DNA from: Diplonema japonicum
Taxonomy: Eukaryota; Protista; Euglenozoa: Diplonemea
DNA: 64,000 nt
Direction of reading: 5' to 3'
NCBI GenBank assembly: GCA_964019335.1
Contig: OZ025698.1
Coordinates: 62,001-126,000, forward strand
The translations under genes and the position numbers were made by a program. A model generated the notes under the pieces. It saw only the letters and a program-made list of their open reading frames with translations, was not told the origin of the DNA and ran no database searches. Shown one piece after another: positions 1 through 11,200 of this stretch (the first letter of the stretch is position 1; every line of letters starts with the position of its first letter).

Positions 1-252
1 CTTATAGCTTTCTTAGTGTCTAAACAACCTTTCCTGTGACAGTATTGTAGATATCGCAGTCACAGCAATGACAATAGGGTGCTCTACTTACTAGCTACTA
101 TCTGAGCTGGGGTCCCACGTTGTTCCGAGGTTCCAAAGATAATAGGGCTTCCGTAGTGAAGAAATTTCTGAAAAGCGAGATTAAAAAAAAAAAAAAAAAA
201 AACTCGATAAAATTTCAGTGTGCATGGGGGTGCTCACTGTTCAGGTAGAAAT

Positions 253-3200
253 TCACACTAATCGGTCACCGTTCTGCGGTTGCTGTCTGGTGCCTGCGGT
301 GGCTGTTTGTCGCGATGAGATGGACGGCATCTGGGCGAGAAACATTGCTTGGAGTCGTAGGTAGGGGGGGGTTTGGCTCGAGGAGAAGAGTGGTCTCCTG
401 TCGTAGCCGTGTGCCGTCGGGCCCCCAAGATGTCGAAGGGTATGCACCCTTGATTTGGCGTTGGCGGGGAAGGCTGACCTTCCACAGCGTGCTGAGCATT
501 TCTGGATGCGACCCAAGATGTATCGCATCCTTGCGGCCTTCTCCGTGAGCAGGTCTTGATCGTCGAGGGGACCTATGAGTGACCGGCGGGTGGTCTGCTC
601 ATAGTCTATGGCGAGTTCCATTGTAGTGACGGAAGTTTTCTTCTTACCATCGTACCATCGTAGGCCTCTTAGCCACTTGAGGACGTTCTTCAGATGAAAG
701 GTCAGGACCGCGCCTGACGCCCCGTTCGCCTTCAGCAACGCTTCCGTCGGAACATCATGTTGCCTCCCTGTCGTTACCTCATCCCAAGGGTTGGAGGTGA
801 GCACTCTCTTGCTTTTTTCCGCTGCTCTGGCGTCACGGACCGTCACTACTTTCAGGAGGTATTGTTGCACCATCCTGGCACGTTCTTTCCCTGCTTTGTC
901 GGCTCCTCTTGGGACTATCCCGTGAAGGGCTGTGGCAGCTGGGAGGCCTTCTCGCTTCACCTCTGCGTATTGCTCGCTTTCCAACACACTCCTTGCCGGC
1001 TCGCACTCCCACAGTGCATGCTCCGTCATGCTGGTCGTTGTCTGGGACCGGTGGTCGCAAACGTCACACGCTAATGCTGGGTTTTCCACACCAGGGCCAT
1101 CCAATTTTCTCCCCCACACCCTCGGGTGAGTCGTGAACACTGCACCACTAATGATGCGCCGCAACCTAAAGGACACCAACGGTCTCCGGGCCTGGAGCTT
1201 TTTCCACCAATAGTTCGTGGACGGGCGCGCCCCTGCCTCCATCCCCACGAAGGTTGATCTCTTCTCGATCAGCCTCTTCGCAACTGCCGGTCTGATGGCT
1301 TGCCTCACTTTGTGAGCCACCGCTGTATCTCCGTGCAGGTCGGCCACAAAGGACCATCCCTTCCCCAGAAAGGGGAGCCATCTGTTCCGCAGGACTCCAA
1401 TCGGACCCATCACCTCATCGTCATCACGGTCCTGGTATAGACCAATGATCTCACCAACACGCTGCCGCAAACGCGGAGAGGCCAGGCTCTCCCGGACCAA
1501 GCTGTTTATCGTTCCGTAGATGACCTTCGACAGCGGATGTGCCGTATGCCCTGGCAGCAGAACGTTCAGTACAGACACGGGGTTTCCCTTCCCGAACTGG
1601 GGGCCCCACAGGGAGACCACTGCCGCTGTACACTTCTTCAGCTGGTCGTCCGAGGGTGCCGCATACGTTGCTCCGTACAGACACGACGGTAGCACAGTGC
1701 TCGTCAACATCGTCGACTTGTTCTCAAACCCTAGTGGCAAAGCTCCGAGACGGGTCAGGCGTCCCTCCGCTGCGTCCAGCTTGTCCAGCCTGTGATTCCC
1801 ATCCATGCTCAGGTTCACGCCAAGTGATTTGATCTCCCTAGTTACCTTGAACGAGGAACCGGTGCATACTAAACTAGGGCCGATCTCGTTTTTCGTCGAG
1901 AATCCCTGCGACTTCTTTCCGTTGAGGCGCATCTCTGTCCGGTCCCCGAACTCGATCACCTTGTTGGTCGCCCTTGTCAGGACCTCCGCTAAACGCGCCA
2001 GGAGGTACACGTCATCCGCGTACGAAAGTGACCAAGCTCCTGGTACTTCCGTCATCACGCACTTCACCATCACCGACACCAAGGCGTTCACCATGATTAC
2101 CGAGATGGGGCACCCTTGCAGGATACCATTCGTCACTCGGAACTCTGAGCCAACACCTGTCGGGAAACGGAATCGCCGCTTCAGGTTCGCATACATAGCT
2201 TTCAAGGGGGTCAGTATCCGCTCGTGCAAACCGAGATCTTGCATCAGGCCAAAAGCTATCTGCTGTGGGACTCTGTCGAAGCACTTGACAAAATCCAACG
2301 CAATGCCGTTGAGAGGGGTGCCTGTCAACAGCGCCTCTTCGAGCTGTGTACTGAGCTCCATCAGAATGCTATCCGTGCCTCTCTTCGGTCTGAAACCATG
2401 CTGAGAGTCGTCGATCCACTTCTCTTGCCACAGCGTGATGTCACGCAGCCTCGCACATGCCCACAGCCGATAGACCGCGCTCGTGACTGTGATCGGCCGA
2501 TGGTTCAGAGGAGTCCTCTCGCCACCCTTCGGGATCAACGTCACCAGCGCTGTCAGGAGTGCTTTCGGCCACTTCCCTGTCGTCTCGACTGCGTTGAACA
2601 GCTCGGCCCAAGCATCCAGCAGTACTACCGGCATGGCACGCAGTTCCGCCATCCTCCATCCATCCACCCCTGGAGCCGTTCTCGTTGACTTCTTGGCCAA
2701 CACCGCCCTCAGATCCTCTCCTGTAAGTGGTCGAAGTTCCATCTTCTGCGACACGATGTACTCCCTGTACCTCGTTCTAAAGGCGTTGTACTGCGGCTCT
2801 CCTCGATCCCCACCGTACAGCTGAAAAATAGGGTCCCACTCCTTGTGCATCATCTTGTCCATCTCTTCAAGATCTGCCGTGAGAACCCCGTCGCCTTCCA
2901 CTGCCTGCGTTGCTGATGCCGTTGTGCCCTTCACGAAGGCGGTCACCCTCTTCCGTTCCTCCTTGAAGTGGGTGTTGATCCTCTCTTCATACTTCCTTTC
3001 ACGCTCGACCCTCGCGTCCTTTGCGATCACTCGCGCCAGAGCGGACAGGTCGTCGTCTAGGCGTTGAAGTTTGATGATAATCGTTTCAAAATTGTCCTTC
3101 ATCAGACCCACCTCGCATCTCGGAAGCTGCGGGAGCTTCGCTAGCACCTTTATAGCATTCGCCCAAGTCCTCAGCAGCTGCTCCGGCATGTTGCTTGCTA

Positions 3201-4245
3201 GTCCCCTGTCGAGCAGATCTTGGACTCCCGCAAGGATGTGCGAGACTTTCCGCTTCACCTCGGCGATGCACTTCTGCCAGCCCACTGCCGCACCTGTCGC
3301 CTCAACCACAGATTTCGCCGACAGGCACTTCTCCTTTGGTTGTCGCGCCACGCTTCTCCCGACGTAGGCCCTCCGTCTCACCGCTGGCAGGTCCCCGATG
3401 CAGCATTCCTCCGAAACGCACGCTAACGTACTATACGCATCGTCAATGTCGCCGTCGCCCAGCTTCTGCGCAAATCCCCCGACCTGTAGCAGCTCAGCAA
3501 CTCGGTCACCATCAGCAGCTTCCATCGGCAACTCCCTCGGGACGAAGTATTTCCTCGTCATGCACTTGAGGGCCGGGATCCGGAGCTGGATTGAGAGGCA
3601 GCGGTGCTCGTTGGTGTAGACTGCGTCGTGTACCCACACCTTCTGTAGGCCTGCCGCCGCGATCGGGTTCAGCAGAACGTAGTCGATACGCGTCTTCGTG
3701 TTGGTGGCCTGCCTGGCAAAGGTGTGGCATGGTTCCACGCCATCCCTCTCGGCTTGCAGCATAGCAGCATCCACCCAATCGCTCCCCACCGCCTGTTGTA
3801 GCACTCCCGACTGTGACACCGCGGTGTTGAAATCGCCTGCCACGATGATCGGTACGTCACCGAGGACGCATCTCATCTTGTTCAGGACCTTATCCAGCAG
3901 AGCCTCCCGCTGGTGCTTGCCGTGACCGCCCGAGTGACAGTAGACTACGATCAGGTGTAACCACATATCTCGACCATCTAGGTTGATCATCGAGTGTACC
4001 CACCTGTTGTCGTCAGCTCTTCCTGCCGTATCTTTTACCAGAGCAGGTCGGCGTCGCTGCACCAGCAGACCCACCCCGCCCCTCTTCGCCTTATCAGGAG
4101 ACGCGAGTCCATCGACCACGATGCCTGGTTGCGGGCTCCCCCACAACGCGCGATACCTACCGTCGTCCTCGACGTGTCTCCCAACCATCTCCTGACCGTG
4201 CTCCGTCAGCTTCACTTCCTGCAGGCATGTCACGTCGCTCCCCAA
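253..4245 (-). mobile_element. Non-LTR retrotransposon ORF (APE endonuclease + reverse transcriptase + C-terminal CCHC), no RNase H seen; probably 5'-truncated within the APE N-terminus
   Basis: APE motifs CLQEVK, AGDFN, RIDYVL. RT motifs APGVDG, HRPITV, QHGFRP, LDFVKCFDRV, GILQGCPIS, YADD. CDVC...HALWEC knuckle. The ORF starts abruptly next to an A/T-rich tract and lacks the first APE motif. Confidence 0.9.
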
Positions 4246-5048
4246 AAAAAAAAAGAAAAGAAAAAAGAAAGAGAGAACGCCAAAGAAACATTATCACATT
4301 GACGCCCCTTGAGGGGGAAGAGGGCGAAGGATAAAAAGAAGAGGAAAAAAGAGAAAAAAAAAGAAATACGGTTTTGTGTACATACTTTACCACCTAAGAG
4401 AAACAGGGGGTATATACCAGCGCGCACAGACAGCTCACTGTGGGCTGATGATGCCGCTCTGTGGTCTTAGGAGGAGTAAAGAAAAGAAAAAAGATAGACC
4501 GAAACAAAAAGCTTTTTCATTTCTAGAGCGGCCTTTAACGCAAAGTTAGCAACGGTTTGGTGCTTGCTATGTTGCAGCCCTGGGAAGAAAATAAAAGCTG
4601 GTGCCCCCCCCCAAAAAGCATTATAAGAAGGCCTGCAGAGAAGGTTAATCTTTAATCAATGAGAATCTTTTAAAAAAATAAGAAGCGAGAAGAAGGGCGA
4701 ACCGTTGTTTTTTGAATCCTTTTCTGGCAATCCTCTTAAAGCTGTTGGGGGGGGGGGGGGGGTGGAATAATAGAGCTTAATAGAAGGCTAGGTGTAAAAA
4801 AAAAAATAAAAGCTGCTGGACAGGTCATTTCCCCTTACCCCAGCAAAAAAAAACTAGTTTGGCGCTCCATTTGTTTGTGCGCACGAGCGGAATTTTACCT
4901 AATAAAATAGCTCATTACGCTGCCATCAACTAGTTTTTAGTCTCGACAACAATATTGTTAAAAAGAAAAGAAAAGAAAAAAAAGAAAAAAAAAAAAGAAA
5001 AAAAAAAAAAACATAACTCTCGTGCAGAGCGACACACTCCTCCCCATC

Positions 5049-5769
5049 TCAACATTTATTACATCTACTCCTGCGCGGTTTCTGTGGCATGTCGATGAGC
5101 TTCTACGGTATTTTTTTTCTTCTTTATATAAAATTAAAAAAAAGGGGGGGTACCCTTAAGGGAACCCTTCTCCCCCTTACATACCACAGTTCCCGACTCG
5201 TTCATAGGGGACAGAGGCATGTTGGTGTCATTGGAGATAATCTGCCTTGTGAGCTTCTCGAAGGCGGGTTTTACGTTCCGGTTCTGGAGAGCAGAGGAGG
5301 CGTACCAAGCGAGGAAGCCGTTCTCGGCACAGAAGGTATCCATTTCCTCTTTGGAGAGGTGGAGGGGACCGAGGTCTGTCTTATTGGCCAGCAGTACGCA
5401 GGGGATGGGGGACCCGTCGGGGAGATGCACTTTATTGTCGACATCGCGCTTCCACTTCGTCACTGCCTCGAAGGTCTTCTTGTCGGTGACATCGAAGACA
5501 ATGACAGCCCCCACGGCAGCCTGGTAGTAGACTCTCGTCATCTGTGTGAACTTCTCCTGTCCAGCGATGTCCCACATCTGCAGCAACACTCTTGTACCCG
5601 CCCCGTAGTCCAGCTGCTTCAAAGCAAAGTCCACCCCCAAGGTCGGCTTCGTCCCTAGATGGAAGATGTTATGGACGTACCTGCGTATCACGCACGTCTT
5701 GCCTGTGCACCCGTCACCTACCACCAGCACCTTGTACTGGCAGTTTATTTCGCTGCTCAGGGCGGGCAT
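5049..5769 (-). CDS. Rab32/38-like small GTPase, two exons (5769-5185, 5102-5049), 82-nt GT-AG intron at 5103-5184
   Basis: Motifs GDGCTGKT, PTLGVDF, WDIAGQE (typical of the Rab32/38 subfamily), NKTD, SAL. Splicing GTG|gtatgt...cgtag|AAG adds KLIDMPQKPRRSRCNKC*, giving the C-terminal cysteines expected for prenylation, which the unspliced ORF lacks. Confidence 0.9.
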
Positions 5770-6163
5770 GCGTTCTTTCTTATTTTCGTGTTGTAAGTGT
5801 AATGCTTTCGTTTTAGTGGCATAGTCCGGAAACATTATAAAAAAAAAAAAAAGAAAACTCGATCTTTTAACATCAAGTTGACACAAAGTCATTCAAAAAA
5901 GAAGAAGAAAAAAAGGGGGGGGTAAGAATGAACACAAAAAAGAGAGAAATGGAATGGGGGGGGGGGGGTGTATTGGGGAAAGGCACCAAAGAACGGTGCC
6001 CTAAGCTGGTGGTATGAGCTCGCTCCATGAAAATGTCAACACCTTTCTTTTTCTACCAAATACAAAGTTGTGCCGGAGGGTCATTGTTGACTTATTCTTC
6101 GGACGAGCTCAAACAAGAATTTATATAATTTCTTTTTCTCTTTCTCTTTTCTTCTTTTATCCT

Positions 6164-6885
6164 TTAAACTAGCAATTCAACAATAGCCGCATGCCCTTTC
6201 GTTTGGGCGTAGTCCAGAGCTGTTTGACCTATGTGGTGTGTTTCCTCTCTACCCATCCCCTTCACATACCAAACCGGTTTTTTACTCCGGGGTCGGCCTT
6301 GTAATCCAAGAGCACTGCGGCAGCTTCCCTCTTGTTGTAGTAAGCTGCGTGGAGGAGTGCTGTGTGGCTGTTGTAACCTTCTGGTTGGTCATCGACACAG
6401 ACAACGCCGCTTTCCAACATTGCGACAAGGCACAACACGAGGTCGCGGCAGGAAGCCAGCAGGAAGAGCTCAGCCATCACCTGCCTGTCGCCGCACAAGC
6501 CTGCGTCGGACATAGCACTGATCACCTCACTGAGCTTCTTGTCAGCCTCGGAGTGCTGGATGTCGGTGACAGTGTGTAGCCGACGCATCGTCCCCACCAA
6601 CTCTTCGGGGCCCTTCTCCCGCCATGAAAGCTCCGCAAGTTTTGCAAACGCCATGTGCCGTTTGCTAATAACTACCTGTACTTCGCTCCCATCTTGAAAC
6701 GGGTGGTCGCCCACAAAATCACTTTCGTTCAGCACCACCCCGTCAAACTTCAGAGAAAAACAAGCCGCGTCTATACCAAGAGCCTTCGCGACCCGCGCCA
6801 TTAGCGCCAGCATCGTCTGACCTGCATCAGCTTCCACATGATGTAACTCTGACCAGGGCTGCTTGCAAAACAGTGACACAGCCAT
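6164..6885 (-). CDS. Ubiquitin-like domain + ankyrin-repeat protein, two exons (6885-6270, 6228-6164), 41-nt GT-AG intron at 6229-6269
   Basis: N-terminal UBL-like segment (FSLKFDGVVLNESD...FQDGSEVQVV). Ankyrin motif TALLHAAYYN...LLDYKADP. Splicing G|gtatgt...catag|GT completes a second repeat GQTALDYAQTKGHAAIVELLV*. Confidence 0.85.
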
Positions 6886-7075
6886 TGTTCTTCCTGAATA
6901 TTTAAAGGATATGAGAAAGCGTTAGAATATCTTAATTAATCCGGTGATTCCCATATGGTCGCGTTTTCCAATTGCCTCGAGGTCAGGCGTGTTCGGACCA
7001 TGGTGCCCAAAGGGGTTAAAAAGCTCCGGACTCAGATAGTTACAAAAGAATATTGCCATGTACATAACTGATGCT

Positions 7076-8515
7076 TCAGTGACCTTGGGCGATTCTCCTC
7101 ACGCGCCTCTCTAGGGACAGGGGCAACAATTGTGTGACCACTACTTCAGAATCGAACCCACGGAGTCGAAGCGAGTTCCTGCTGGCCACAATAGCGTCAG
7201 GCAGATGTCCTACAGTCTGCATCACTTCATTCGTCACAGCGACAGCTCCACACGCACAGACACTCTCCACTCTAGCTGCTTTGTTCACAGTGGGCCCGAA
7301 GAAATCATTCCTACCCACCAACTGGTTCATCTCTACCTGTACCATACCACAGTGCATCCCGATACGAAGAGGCATTCCGTCCAGACCATCCTCGCCGCTG
7401 CTGTTCACTACATCAACGAATCTCTCCTCCCATGTGGTCTCCGTAAGCATCTCCAGTAAATGCAGCCCGAACCCTACGCCCTCCGTCGCACGTTCGAAAG
7501 CCAGCATGAAAGCATCACCGATTGTCTTCACCTCGTAGCCATTGAACAGAGAGTAACACTCTCGTACCAACCTGTTGTGCAGTCTAAGACCATCTCGCAT
7601 TGCTTCAGCGTCCCCTTCCCACAGTCTACCTGAATGCACAATGTCCGTAAAGAGTATTGTCCTTAAACAATTGCGGGGGAGGGAGGGCACAGTCAGAATC
7701 TCCTGCCTCGAAATGAAATCAGGCAAGAAAGGCCGGTACGACTGTAGGCCGGAGAGAAGCCTATGGAAACTCTCAAGGAGCGGGGCAGGAAGTGCACAGT
7801 CAGGAGCTTCCATCACGTCCCGTGCAGCATCGAGATCGTAGGCAGAGAAGGAGAAAGCAACATGAGCAGCAGCTCCGAGCGCATCACTAGCCTGATAGTT
7901 CTCCCTGCTGACTCGGTGCTTCGTGCAGAAGAACGTAAGGACGAGGAAGGCTACCTGCGTGACAAGCAAAATGGCGGAAGAAAAAGGGTCTCGAGTGCAC
8001 GGCAGGGCCGTGCACCTTGCCTCCTGACGGCGTTCCTCTTGCGAGGGTAGAAAGGAAAGATCGAAGACTCCAAGGCGGAACCAGCCTTCCACTGCCAGCA
8101 CAACGAGCCACAGCAGGAGCAGAGCAACTAAGTTCCGTGTAATTCTGTCCCCCATATCCACTACAAGACACACATCTATGAGTGCAAAGTACCCAGGCCA
8201 AAGAATAGACCTTCCAAACACCGCCTGCTCGTAGTCAAGAAGGATCAAAGCGGCAGCATAGCCGTACATAGCGCTTTCCACCGCCCACCCTCGCAACTCG
8301 CGCTCTAATATGACTTGCATCACGGAGAGGACTCCGGCCCCAACCCCAATCCCACTACCGCTCACAACGAGCGCAGAAGTAGGGTTCCTCATGAGCTGCA
8401 GCGAAAACAGCACCACGGCAGCTATCCCAGCAGACAGCATCACCTTCTTCTGCAACAGCACGAATGAAGTGTCCCAAGACTCCATCGGGAGGCACCGCCC
8501 CAGAGATGCGAGCAT
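7076..8515 (-). CDS. Multi-pass membrane class III nucleotidyl (adenylyl) cyclase
   Basis: About 5-6 hydrophobic helices, then a catalytic domain with ILFTDIVHS, YEVKTIGDAFM (Lys points to ATP specificity), LRIGMHCG, DFFGPTVNKAARVES. Confidence 0.9.
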   Translation of the reverse strand: MLASLGRCLPMESWDTSFVLLQKKVMLSAGIAAVVLFSLQLMRNPTSALVVSGSGIGVGAGVLSVMQVILERELRGWAVESAMYGYAAALILLDYEQAVFGRSILWPGYFALIDVCLVVDMGDRITRNLVALLLLWLVVLAVEGWFRLGVFDLSFLPSQEERRQEARCTALPCTRDPFSSAILLVTQVAFLVLTFFCTKHRVSRENYQASDALGAAAHVAFSFSAYDLDAARDVMEAPDCALPAPLLESFHRLLSGLQSYRPFLPDFISRQEILTVPSLPRNCLRTILFTDIVHSGRLWEGDAEAMRDGLRLHNRLVRECYSLFNGYEVKTIGDAFMLAFERATEGVGFGLHLLEMLTETTWEERFVDVVNSSGEDGLDGMPLRIGMHCGMVQVEMNQLVGRNDFFGPTVNKAARVESVCACGAVAVTNEVMQTVGHLPDAIVASRNSLRLRGFDSEVVVTQLLPLSLERRVRRIAQGH

Positions 8516-8807
8516 GTTTCAATATTTATCGACTGAAACCCGAACTAACGCCCTTGTGTTATGCTGGGTACAAGAAGAAAAAAAAAGAGGGGGAAGCAGT
8601 TCCCAGAAGTTAAAAACATGTTTGTAAGTACGAACGTTGTGAAAGTTGCTCAATGGAAGATGCTCATGAACCACTGGTAAGAGCAAAACATGAAAAAAGA
8701 GCCCTGCTCCTCTCGTACTCCATCGTCAAGAGACTGATTGATTCACGTGAACGCTATATCGCAAGGAGCGGCAGAGATACAAAAGTTCGTGAGTATAACA
8801 ATGGGGG

Positions 8808-10883
8808 CTAAACAGCAAGCGGCTTATCGCGGTTAATTGGCTTCCGTTCATCGTCGACATCTTCTTTGGGGCTTAGCTCATGCACGGGCTCTTCGGACAC
8901 AGAGAGCACAGAATTCCTCCGGCAGCGAAGGAAGGCAAGAATAGAGAAGAGGATAGCTGCCACGCCCACGACACCGAACCACCATAACGATGTAGAGGTG
9001 TCGTCATCCTCTTGTTGTGCGAGCGTGGCAGTGTCAGTCGCACGGCCAACGTGTAGAATGTCGGTCCTCTGCTCACGGATAACGAAAAGGAGGCTGCCTG
9101 ATGCCACCAGGGTGATGAAGATTCCCTCATCGAGAGGGAACCCAAGAGGGTAGAGCTTAATAGATCCCCGCGGCTCATATCCATCAATGTAGTACACACG
9201 GTCCTGTATACCAGTAACAAAGAAGATCAGATCACTTGTCACCACAGGATGCGTAACCGTCTTGATGCCCGAAGGCATGTCGCGTGCCACAACAAATACA
9301 GGGCGCGAGGGGTCGGAGATATCATACACAACATACGCCTCCTCCCATAGGAACACAAACAGCATGTTGTCACCCGCAACTGCAAAAGACGCTACCATGC
9401 GGCTCACGGCAAATTGTGACATCCGCACCCACGTCGCATTGTCTGAATGGTACTTCGCGATCGACACACTGTGTGCGTAGGTTACGTTGTCCTCCCCCGT
9501 GAAGAGAAGGTTATCTGTAAAGCTCCTAACAGGGATATAAGTTCCCTTCCTTGCGGAGAGGGAGGCGAGGCTCACTCTCGAGGTGTCTGTGATATTCAGC
9601 CGCATGTCATAGTTCCAGTTGTTTTGTGAGAGTGTAAAGTATAGCTGGTGGGTGGGCCCTACGCCGGAAACGAAAATCTGACCTTCCATCGAGTCGTTCT
9701 GGTACCCTCCGATGTGTGTGATAGCTGCGCCCGTTGGTTCGTAGATGTCGAAGTAGTTATCCTTACCCTCATCGGGGCCCGAGATGATATTGTTGCCATC
9801 TACCCACCGCAGGTTGTTGAACTCACGGTGGATGCCGGCAAAGGTAGGCGCACGTGGGCTGCTGATGTCGTACACTTCCCATGCGAAGTCAAACAGATAA
9901 ACGAAAATAAGATCCCCCACCGGGACCATGCGGGAAGTGCACCATGACTGGGCTGTGCCGATGGCGTGGAGGGATTCTGTAGTTTCGTACGCAATAATGC
10001 CGCACCTCCATGGTGCCGTGTACAGGGTAGCACCGATAACCTGGATAGCAACACTGCCACTTCGAACCTCGGTAGCTGCCACAGCGACGGAAGTAGTGAT
10101 GTTGTAAGCAAGAAGGCTGCTCGAGCTGATGTAAGCTAATGTCCCGTCAGCAGACACAGCTGTCTTTTTAAAGTTCCATTCTGTCACGGCAGACAGCATA
10201 GCCACCTTGCTGAACCTCATAACAGGGAGTTGTGGAGGGTTATCTGAGGTGATATTGGGGGGTTGTATCTCCTTGTTACCCAGAACCACCACTGCCCTGT
10301 CGTTGGCCGCTAGCATGCATGCACTGGCAACCCAGTCACCTATGAGCCTTGGGGCCGACGGGTCGCCTCCTACATCGTATATCTCTATCGCAACTCTGTC
10401 CACGAGGCTTAGATTCTGTGCAAATAAAATGCCGCCGCTCTGCACGCCATGGCAGTTGCATGTAATTGCTGTAGGAAGCTTCACAGGGTGCGTGGGGTCC
10501 GTCAGATTATAGGGAAGGAACGCTGTTCCATTGTTCAGCAACGCTGCCTTGCTGTCTATGAACAGGAGTTGCTTCACCGCCGCCTCTTGCACGGTGCCGA
10601 CAACAGTCATGTTACGGCTTAAAACAAGAACGAAAGTCGGGGTTGCAACAAGGAGCACACTGGTGTGCACTTCAACAAGTTCTGCAGACGGGATGTAGGT
10701 CGTACCCGCCACAACACCCGTGGGCATGCTCATGTCAAGCATTCGAATTTCGCCTGTCATCAACACAGCATAGCAAAACCCATCCCAACAAGCCATGTCT
10801 CTCACTCCGGAAAGAGATTCCATTGCAGCTTCATGCCTGCCTAGTGTTGTGCTTGCTGCGGCTAACAAGACAATTGATATCAT
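8808..10883 (-). CDS. Type I membrane/surface protein with LVIVD-like (beta-propeller) repeats
   Basis: Signal peptide; repeats YNLTDPTHP, YDVGGDPSAP, YDISSPRAP, YDISDPSRP; C-terminal TM helix WWFGVVGVAAILFSILAFL followed by RCRR. Confidence 0.75.
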   Translation of the reverse strand: MISIVLLAAASTTLGRHEAAMESLSGVRDMACWDGFCYAVLMTGEIRMLDMSMPTGVVAGTTYIPSAELVEVHTSVLLVATPTFVLVLSRNMTVVGTVQEAAVKQLLFIDSKAALLNNGTAFLPYNLTDPTHPVKLPTAITCNCHGVQSGGILFAQNLSLVDRVAIEIYDVGGDPSAPRLIGDWVASACMLAANDRAVVVLGNKEIQPPNITSDNPPQLPVMRFSKVAMLSAVTEWNFKKTAVSADGTLAYISSSSLLAYNITTSVAVAATEVRSGSVAIQVIGATLYTAPWRCGIIAYETTESLHAIGTAQSWCTSRMVPVGDLIFVYLFDFAWEVYDISSPRAPTFAGIHREFNNLRWVDGNNIISGPDEGKDNYFDIYEPTGAAITHIGGYQNDSMEGQIFVSGVGPTHQLYFTLSQNNWNYDMRLNITDTSRVSLASLSARKGTYIPVRSFTDNLLFTGEDNVTYAHSVSIAKYHSDNATWVRMSQFAVSRMVASFAVAGDNMLFVFLWEEAYVVYDISDPSRPVFVVARDMPSGIKTVTHPVVTSDLIFFVTGIQDRVYYIDGYEPRGSIKLYPLGFPLDEGIFITLVASGSLLFVIREQRTDILHVGRATDTATLAQQEDDDTSTSLWWFGVVGVAAILFSILAFLRCRRNSVLSVSEEPVHELSPKEDVDDERKPINRDKPLAV

Positions 10884-11000
10884 TTACCTGTTTCGAGATA
10901 AGTTAGTGTTTGTCAGGCGTCACTGAGGCGGAAGGAGCGGAAAGGGTCTCGAAGAGATGACGATGGGAAAACAACCAAAGCAAAAAAGGGAGGGGGGACA

Positions 11001-11200
11001 NNNNNNNNNNNNNNNNNNNNNNNNNNNNNNNNNNNNNNNNNNNNNNNNNNNNNNNNNNNNNNNNNNNNNNNNNNNNNNNNNNNNNNNNNNNNNNNNNNNN
11101 NNNNNNNNNNNNNNNNNNNNNNNNNNNNNNNNNNNNNNNNNNNNNNNNNNNNNNNNNNNNNNNNNNNNNNNNNNNNNNNNNNNNNNNNNNNNNNNNNNNN
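11001..11200. other. Assembly gap (200 N)
   Basis: Run of N. Confidence 1.

Noticed and set aside
5770-5892. N-terminal extension of the Rab ORF and the listed ...KGTPPFF C-terminus
   Set aside because: The extension runs through a T-rich upstream tract, and the listed C-terminus is intron read-through.
6936-7019. Tiny TTAA-flanked piggyBac-type MITE
   Set aside because: One end (CCCAAAGGGG-TTAA) looks right, but the inverted repeat is too weak to call from a single copy.
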